From positions 1 to 24,626 of IMG/VR virus record IMGVR_UViG_3300025035_000013: a stretch of 24,626 nucleotides of DNA; one strand, 5' to 3'. Both the position numbers and the translations under genes were made by a program. Positions 1 to 6,362 of the stretch are shown piece by piece; the stretch's first letter is position 1, and the number at the start of each line of letters is the position of its first letter. This DNA comes from a virus. The notes beneath the pieces are model-generated. The model did not search any database. It saw only the letters and a program-made list of their open reading frames with translations, and was not told the DNA's origin.

Positions 1-1104
1 CTGCACCTCGCACGTAGTAGCGGTGAGCATGTACACCTCAAACGTATCATTTGCCGCTGTAGTAATACTTGCGCCGCCTTGCAGAATGGTCAGCCCTGCC
101 CCTGCAATAATCTGACCACCACCGAGACACTTGCGCTTATAGGTTACCCCGGCTACACCGTGGAACGCTGTAATGGCTACGCCCGTGTCGGAGAGCGTGC
201 CGTCGATGGATTGCCCGGTGAGGTCGGTAGTTACAGCCCGGACAGTAGCAGCTACGGTTTGATCGACTTGCTGGGCTTTGCCGGCGGTGAGGCCGGTTGT
301 AGCTAATGTACCTGTTGTCGGTAATGTTACATTAGTTGCACCGGTAACCGTGAGTGTTGTATTGAATGCTCCAGATGTTGTTAAATTTCCACCTAGCGTG
401 ATTGATTTGCCCGTATTAGCAACACCAGTTCCACCATATTGACCAGCAACAGCTGTACCATTCCACACACCTGTTGTGATAGTGCCAAGTGATGTTAATG
501 ATGATGTTACAACACTTGACCCCAATGTAGTATTAGATAATACTGAAACATTGTTTATCTTATATGTTTTTCCTAATGCTAGATTAATGTTTTCAGATGA
601 ATCCCAATTAATCCCAGCAGAATTCCAATTGAATGTTTTATTTGTTGCACCGAGTAACGTAATACCACCACCATCGGCAGTAATATCTGTCGGAGTTGCA
701 ACTTTGCCTAATGTAATATTTGTATCTTCGACATCGACAGTCGAAGTATTCATCGTGACAGTCGCCCCCTGCACGGTCAAATCACCTGTTATTAGTGCAT
801 TTCCGGCCTTATCGACATTAAATTTTGATATACCACCTATTTGCATATCAATAAGTTTTGAATTTACATTGGATGCTGCATCAGTTATGTTTATCCTAAA
901 TCCCGTGAAGGGAGTAGCGGCTGAATTCCATGTCTGATTTCCATTGAATAATGGCTGATCAGTCGTGATTGTTGGATTTGCTAAAAATGATATTCTACTG
1001 CCAGAAAGTATTTGACCGGTTTCATCGATAAAATCTATCGGTGTTGCTGTGCCTGACCCGCCTACTGAAATGCCGTTTTTTGCATTAAATCTTTTTTGTG
1101 CCAT
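1..1104 (-). CDS. Tail fibre / fibre-like virion protein, 3' end outside window (368 codons visible)
   Basis: Hand translation: ATG at 1104 (MAQKRFNAKNGISVGGSG...) stays open to base 1. It contains fibre-type segments GDLTVQGATVTMNTSTVDVEDTNITLG...TADGGGITLLGATNKTFNW and SSLTSLGTITTGVWNGTAVAGQYGGTG. Purine-rich RBS (GGGGATAGGGA) and a late-promoter box lie upstream. It is missing from the ORF track because it has no stop in the window. Confidence 0.88.
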   Translation of the reverse strand, partial: MAQKRFNAKNGISVGGSGTATPIDFIDETGQILSGSRISFLANPTITTDQPLFNGNQTWNSAATPFTGFRINITDAASNVNSKLIDMQIGGISKFNVDKAGNALITGDLTVQGATVTMNTSTVDVEDTNITLGKVATPTDITADGGGITLLGATNKTFNWNSAGINWDSSENINLALGKTYKINNVSVLSNTTLGSSVVTSSLTSLGTITTGVWNGTAVAGQYGGTGVANTGKSITLGGNLTTSGAFNTTLTVTGATNVTLPTTGTLATTGLTAGKAQQVDQTVAATVRAVTTDLTGQSIDGTLSDTGVAITAFHGVAGVTYKRKCLGGGQIIAGAGLTILQGGASITTAANDTFEVYMLTATTCEVQ

Positions 1105-1106
1105 AA

Positions 1107-1126
1107 CTCGGTTCCCTATCCCCGAA
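1107..1126 (-). promoter_or_regulatory. Candidate RNA hairpin with the Shine-Dalgarno in its loop (translational operator?)
   Basis: Minus strand UUCGG-GGAUAGGGAA-CCGAG-UU-AUG: a 5-bp stem (one G-U pair) closing a 10-nt purine-rich loop, ending 2 nt before the start codon. Confidence 0.45.
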
Positions 1127-1147
1127 AACTACAATTTGTTTATAATC

Positions 1148-1154
1148 TATTTAT
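1148..1154 (-). promoter_or_regulatory. T4-like late promoter box ATAAATA
   Basis: TAATAAATAG on the minus strand, overlapping the stop of the 823-aa gene and about 45 nt upstream of the ATG at 1104. It resembles the T4 gp55 consensus TATAAATA. Confidence 0.65.
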
Positions 1155-3625
1155 TACTTTATGGAAGTCGCAATAACAGTGAATACCGAATTTGCAATAG
1201 TAGTTGTTGCAATTAGCGACATAATACCACCAGCAGATGTTATATCGTATGATACACCTGTATCATTGATTTCAACATTGCCGAATTCAGTTACCGCAGT
1301 AGTAGCGGCACCATCATTAACAGCCAACAATTTAATCAATTGATACGCACCGGCACTTGCAACTGAACATTTTACTAAGAATTCTACTGCTTTATATGCC
1401 GCGGGTACAGTTGCAATTGCCGTTGCTCCTGTGATTGCAACAGATGTACTAGTAACATCCATTAAGGTAGCATCGCCTGTTCCATCATTCAATGCTAGTG
1501 TGTTAAGTGAAACATCCGTGATTGTTGTCTTTCCTGTTACACCCAATGTACCAGCAATTGTTGTATTACCAGTAGTAGGATTGACAATAAATTTATTTGA
1601 ATTGACTGAAAATGCTCCTACCACATTCAATGTGCTCGATAATGTTGTTGCGCTGGCGACATCTAAAGTACCAGCGATTGTTGTGTTACCAGATAGGGCA
1701 GTTATATTAAATTTATTTGTATTGATAGCAACGTTACCAGTAACACCCAAAGTGCTCGACAATGTTGTTGCACCTGTTACCCCCAATGTACCAGCGATTG
1801 TTGTATTACCAGAAAGAGCAGCAACGTTGAACTTATTTATATTAACCGATAAGGAATCTACTACGTTTAATGTACTAGATAATGTCGTTGCACCTGTTAC
1901 CCCCAATGTACTAGATAATATTGTTGCACCTGTTACACCCAATGTACCAGCGATTGTCGTATTACCAGACAGAGCAGCTACATTGAACTTATTTATATTG
2001 ATAGCAACGTCACCTGTTATCCCCAATGTGCTCGATAATGTTGTTGCACCTGTTACCCCTAATGTTCCATTAATATCAGTATTACCAGATGCTGCCAATA
2101 CCAAGAATTTATGATTTGGTGCTGAACCGCCTACTGATAAATCTCCGGCGAAATTTGTATTACCCGGCAATGTTCCTACTAATTTAATATCAATAACACC
2201 CGCACTTGGGTACATTATTGACAATGAACTATCAGAACTAGTTACTGTCTTATATTCAAGTCCAGTCGCCGTGGCATCAACACCCAAGAATTGATTTGCG
2301 GTTCCTATCGTAGTTCTACCAGTACCTCCCTTAGTAGTTGATATTGTTGTTGCGTTCCAAGTACCTGTTTGTATGTTCCCAGAAACATTTAATGTTGTTG
2401 TATTAATTGTACCAGCAAATGTATATGCACTATTGGGCAGGTCAAATTTTACTTTATTTGTCCATAATATAGCAGAGCCACCTGTTGTACCATCTGAAAA
2501 CCACCAATCTTGAGTGTATTTCTTTGATGTCCTCATCATTAATGCATGGTCGCCTGCATTACTTCTATCTTTAATATAAGTATGAGTACTATTATCCCAA
2601 GCAGCATTCCATGTGAATCCCCATTCAAATGAATCGGTTTCTATACCAGGTGACCCAGGTAAACCCTGAATTCCATCATCGAGCAAATCCTGATATTCTC
2701 TAACACCTCGAGAGCCAGAAAGGATTTTTCTAGCAAGATATGTACCGGCTAATGATTGATTAATTGCACCATTAACATCAATGTTAAATTTATCTACCCC
2801 GGCCAATTTAAAGGACAATAATCTAGACCCCGGTGCTGATGCTGTATTAGTTACATCTACATATATACCATTGAATACTGTACCTGCATTATTCCAAGTC
2901 TGTGATGCAGATAATATCGGAGTATTAGTACTAAGTATACCCACTGTTGATATTAAAGAAGAAGAAAGAGTAGTTGTACCGGCGACACCCAATGTACCAG
3001 CAATTGAGGTATTACCAGATGCAGCAGTTATATTGAACTTATTAGTGTTAATAGCAACGTCACCAGTAACGCCTAATGTAGAGGAAAATAAACAAGCACC
3101 AGATGCATTGAGTGAAGTAGTAGATGTTATTGCTAACGATGTAATACCAGCAACAGATAATGTACCTGCAATTGCGGTGTTTCCAGTCGCAGACAACATG
3201 GTAACTTTGCTTGCTCCAACATGTAAATCGCCGTTAGTAGTCAACAATCCCGTAAGTGTTGTTGCACCTGTTACTCCCAATGTACCAGCGATTGTTGTAT
3301 TACCAGATAGAGCAGCTACATTGAACTTATTTGTATTGATAGCAAGGTTGGAGAGGACACCTAATGTACCAGCAATTGTTGTATTACCAGATGCAGCAGT
3401 TATATTAAATTTATTAGTGTTAACTGATATATCACCAGTAATATCCCCGCCGCTTCTATTAAATTTCTTAGTATAAATATCATTTAATACAGATACAACA
3501 TCAGTTACTGCGAATGTTTGGTCTGGGGATACTGTTAATGGGTCACCTACGTTGTTGGAGATTGTATTTGTCATCACTCTCCAGTCTTCAAAACTGTTAT
3601 ACAATTCTACGATCGGTTTTGCCAT
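1154..3625 (-). CDS. Repeat-rich tail fibre / virion fibre protein (823 aa)
   Basis: N-terminus NSFEDWRVMTNTISNNVGD resembles the attachment helix of T4-like fibre proteins. It has about 9 copies of NKFxV/IxAxSGNTxIAGTLxV beta-repeats, G/T/S-rich composition and a compact C-terminal beta domain (YKAVEFLVK...YQLIKLLAVNDG...VTEFG). Confidence 0.8.
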   Translation of the reverse strand: MAKPIVELYNSFEDWRVMTNTISNNVGDPLTVSPDQTFAVTDVVSVLNDIYTKKFNRSGGDITGDISVNTNKFNITAASGNTTIAGTLGVLSNLAINTNKFNVAALSGNTTIAGTLGVTGATTLTGLLTTNGDLHVGASKVTMLSATGNTAIAGTLSVAGITSLAITSTTSLNASGACLFSSTLGVTGDVAINTNKFNITAASGNTSIAGTLGVAGTTTLSSSLISTVGILSTNTPILSASQTWNNAGTVFNGIYVDVTNTASAPGSRLLSFKLAGVDKFNIDVNGAINQSLAGTYLARKILSGSRGVREYQDLLDDGIQGLPGSPGIETDSFEWGFTWNAAWDNSTHTYIKDRSNAGDHALMMRTSKKYTQDWWFSDGTTGGSAILWTNKVKFDLPNSAYTFAGTINTTTLNVSGNIQTGTWNATTISTTKGGTGRTTIGTANQFLGVDATATGLEYKTVTSSDSSLSIMYPSAGVIDIKLVGTLPGNTNFAGDLSVGGSAPNHKFLVLAASGNTDINGTLGVTGATTLSSTLGITGDVAININKFNVAALSGNTTIAGTLGVTGATILSSTLGVTGATTLSSTLNVVDSLSVNINKFNVAALSGNTTIAGTLGVTGATTLSSTLGVTGNVAINTNKFNITALSGNTTIAGTLDVASATTLSSTLNVVGAFSVNSNKFIVNPTTGNTTIAGTLGVTGKTTITDVSLNTLALNDGTGDATLMDVTSTSVAITGATAIATVPAAYKAVEFLVKCSVASAGAYQLIKLLAVNDGAATTAVTEFGNVEINDTGVSYDITSAGGIMSLIATTTIANSVFTVIATSIK
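1530..2110 (-). repeat. Intragenic coding repeat block 2 (5 long units plus 12-aa GVTGATTLSSTL subunits)
   Basis: Recurring gcacctgttacNcccaatgtaccagcgattgttgtattaccaga on the plus strand, e.g. near 1770, 1890, 1926 and 2046. Confidence 0.9.
2975..3430 (-). repeat. Intragenic coding repeat block 1 (4 units of the same fibre repeat)
   Basis: Same unit as block 2. Positions 3261-3345 match 1923-2007 at 81 of 85 nt by manual comparison. Confidence 0.9.
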
Positions 3626-3831
3626 TATGTGTTGACCTTATTAATAATTTGTTGAAGCATGGATTTTATGATATTCATTTCAGATTCTAATCTATTTATT
3701 TTAATCCTATCAGCCTCAAGTTCTAACATTTTTTTATGTTGATTTAAATATCCTGTAGGTTTAGCGGTAGAAATTAAAATGCCTGTACTCGCTTGCATAA
3801 TATTATCGACATCAGTTTTATGCATGTGCAA
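3625..3831 (-). CDS. Small conserved-type phage protein with C-terminal coiled coil (66-68 aa), possible assembly chaperone
   Basis: Fills the gap between the DUF4815-like cluster and the fibre, overlapping both neighbours (TAATG junction at 3625). Heptad pattern INRLESEMNIIKSMLQQII. The start could be the ATG at 3825. Confidence 0.75.
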   Translation of the reverse strand: MHMHKTDVDNIMQASTGILISTAKPTGYLNQHKKMLELEADRIKINRLESEMNIIKSMLQQIINKVNT

Positions 3832-5551
3832 TGACTCTCAGCAATTTAAGTTTAGGAGTAACAGCAGTATTCGAACTTAACAATACAAACTTCAATTGGA
3901 ATTGGTCAAATAGGTCTAAATCAGTAATATTAAATTCATACTCGATGAAATCAGTTTCATTGACTGATTTTTTATATGTAATATCGTGTTTGCTCCATCC
4001 TACATTGGATAATTCGAGCCCAGCATTTTGCAATCCTGTCCTGTAATATAATTCCAATTCAGCATCTGTATGAATATTAGCATCGACTAGTATTCTGAAT
4101 CCAGTAGATTTATTTGTTAAATTGACCTGTTTTGTTATATGTTTTGATTCTGCTGTACCACCATTCGATGTCTCTGAAATGAATGATATATATTGTTCAA
4201 CTGTTGCACTTCTGTTAGACTCAGTGACTAATGTATCTCCTACTACGGTAAGGGTATTAGCAAAAGTATCAATTTCTGAAATATAACCAGATAAACCATC
4301 ATTTAATCCGCCTGCATCGAGTATTTTAACCCAGGCGCCTTCTTTTATTTTTGTGTAATCTGTTGTACTTGGTATTGTGATATTATTGGTCACAGCATCA
4401 AAGGAAACATTCGATGCTCCTACTACAATAGTTTCACCATCGATATTGAAATCTATGTCAGTACTAGATGGATTATTAATTTTATTACTTAGTAAATCGA
4501 CAGATAATAATTCCAAGTCAATCCCTGGAGACATTGCATCATTATTAGAACTGAGGGCTACTTTCAGATTAAATGAATTCACCCCAGCTAATTTTGATAC
4601 TCTATTGGCGGATGTATATACATATTTGTTACTAGTCAAATCAGTAAAATACTCAGGAGTAATATCAGTATCTGTTGCATCTCGGTTTATCGAATTACTC
4701 AGTCTGGCAGTTACTTTAGTACCTACCTCTCTGCCCTCGGATATACCAGATACCATGATAGTGTCATATTTTATCGATTGTTCAGTTTGTACATCTGAAC
4801 CGCCGACTTTGTTTGTGGCCGAGGCTGCCGATGCTAGTCCAATGGTATAATAATCAGAATTGATAACTGACAATACAGAGAACTGAGAATTAAAGGTAGC
4901 ATCAGTGCTTCCACTATAAGTTACTAACATACCAGGTGCATATCCATGATTGATATGATGCACTTTAACCGTGGTTTGCCCATTTGTTGTCATAAATGGA
5001 TTTGATACTAATGTCACTATATCGTTAGTTGGCGCTTCTACTAAAGATATATTGCCGATAACACCAGTATTAAATTTTGCTCTGTTTAATCTGAATGTCA
5101 AATCTTGAAGTTGCTCAGGTGTCCATGTAGAATTATTTTGTGATTTAAATAATGAACCAACAGCAGGTTGCTGAGTAATTAGTACAGCAGGATTGTCAAT
5201 CCTATTATCACCCATAACAGATGTCCAAACTTTATATTTGGCTGAATTTGTCAGTACTTTCACTGCATATTCTTTGCCAGATTCCAAATATACCAACGAA
5301 TCGAATTTGAATTTTACTGGAACTAACGATGTGCTCGATGTCGTAACAGCAGCTGCCGGCAATATGACTTTGGAACCTTCGATTATAATGTTAGTAGGAT
5401 AACCATTCAAAGTATCTACGAGTTGAATTTCTATAGGAGCAGTATCATCTTTCGCCGCAAAAAATAAATCGACTGATGTTAATAAGACACCTTCCGTGAA
5501 TGTATTATCTACTTTAAATGTTTGTGCTAATGGTGAAATTGAAGCGCTCAT
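3818..5551 (-). CDS. DUF4815/VrlC-like structural protein, C-terminal part (577 aa)
   Basis: Begins SPLAQTFKV...LTSVDLFFAAKD...P...NGYP and contains GSLFKSQNNSTWTPEQLQDLTFRLNRAKF. Ends FDQFQLKFVLLSSNTAVTPKLKLLRVIAHA, the typical end of the giant post-gp8 protein of T4-like phages. It has its own SD (AAGGA). Confidence 0.85.
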   Translation of the reverse strand: MSASISPLAQTFKVDNTFTEGVLLTSVDLFFAAKDDTAPIEIQLVDTLNGYPTNIIIEGSKVILPAAAVTTSSTSLVPVKFKFDSLVYLESGKEYAVKVLTNSAKYKVWTSVMGDNRIDNPAVLITQQPAVGSLFKSQNNSTWTPEQLQDLTFRLNRAKFNTGVIGNISLVEAPTNDIVTLVSNPFMTTNGQTTVKVHHINHGYAPGMLVTYSGSTDATFNSQFSVLSVINSDYYTIGLASAASATNKVGGSDVQTEQSIKYDTIMVSGISEGREVGTKVTARLSNSINRDATDTDITPEYFTDLTSNKYVYTSANRVSKLAGVNSFNLKVALSSNNDAMSPGIDLELLSVDLLSNKINNPSSTDIDFNIDGETIVVGASNVSFDAVTNNITIPSTTDYTKIKEGAWVKILDAGGLNDGLSGYISEIDTFANTLTVVGDTLVTESNRSATVEQYISFISETSNGGTAESKHITKQVNLTNKSTGFRILVDANIHTDAELELYYRTGLQNAGLELSNVGWSKHDITYKKSVNETDFIEYEFNITDLDLFDQFQLKFVLLSSNTAVTPKLKLLRVIAHA

Positions 5552-5572
5552 GTATTAAATCCTTTTAATTAT

Positions 5573-6334
5573 TTACGACTGTGAGAAAAACTCAGTCGTC
5601 TTTGTCCTATCTACTACACTCGTCACTGTTCTTTCTCCGAATTTATTGTGCTTTGTATGCGCATATACATCCCCATTAGATATATATGCTGCATCTGCCA
5701 TTGTGCTAGATGCATTTGTATCTGGTGTATTTGCATCACTTAATAATATCTTTTGGATACCAGAGTCAAATGTAAATGCTGGAATTACTAGGGCACCATA
5801 TATATTTCCGAGGGAATTAGTCGTTCTACTTCCACTTGAAACTGATACAACTGTGCCAGTACTCATGCTTACACTGCCAGTTATGGTACCAGAAATTGTG
5901 CCTTTTACATTTGTTACATATAATATTCTCTTATTAGCACCTAAAGTTTTATCGTAAATAGTCTCGTCTGATATTACAATAGCACTACCTGTGAGGCAAG
6001 TGATAACATCTCCCTTTAATATAGTATCGTATGAATTGATTGAAGTCGTTCTCAGTAAAATATTATCATTATATTGCTGCCCCTTTGCTGGTGCAAAGGC
6101 TCCTGTGGTCGAAACTTCAACCATAGTGCAAGGAGTAAAATGAGAATTTACGAGAGTTCCACTTAAAAATACATTCATATCAGCAAATGGTTTAAGCTTT
6201 GTTGCGGATAATATAACGGTTCTAGTTCTGAGTTTAGATGCTTTGAAATTATTGACTACATCGTAACTACCCAATGATAATGTTTCTTGGGCACTCGTAG
6301 TAGATATGTTTGTTTCTATTCTGTCGCTTGTCAT
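5573..6334 (-). CDS. DUF4815/VrlC-like structural protein, middle part (253 aa)
   Basis: LRTRTVILSATKLKPFADMNVFLSGTLVNSHFTP and TNSLGNIYGALVIP...FDSGIQKILLSD...ADAAYISNG match the middle region of this family as I recall it (MRSRxIxFxAxxLKPxT...FxTGxxxFxLT...AxAxYxAxG). Confidence 0.78.
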   Translation of the reverse strand: MTSDRIETNISTTSAQETLSLGSYDVVNNFKASKLRTRTVILSATKLKPFADMNVFLSGTLVNSHFTPCTMVEVSTTGAFAPAKGQQYNDNILLRTTSINSYDTILKGDVITCLTGSAIVISDETIYDKTLGANKRILYVTNVKGTISGTITGSVSMSTGTVVSVSSGSRTTNSLGNIYGALVIPAFTFDSGIQKILLSDANTPDTNASSTMADAAYISNGDVYAHTKHNKFGERTVTSVVDRTKTTEFFSQS

Positions 6335-6362
6335 TGTATGTTTCTTTTAAATTGTTCGTGTG

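Noticed and set aside
79-937. Plus-strand ORFs 79..306 and 476..937
   Set aside because: They are antisense to the continuous fibre frame 1104..1, which has an RBS, a promoter and recognisable motifs; the plus-strand products have no recognisable features.
1530-3430. Regularly spaced DNA repeats resembling a CRISPR array or DGR template/variable pair
   Set aside because: The units are in-frame coding repeats with mostly codon-level drift, no unique spacers, and no cas or reverse transcriptase gene in the window.
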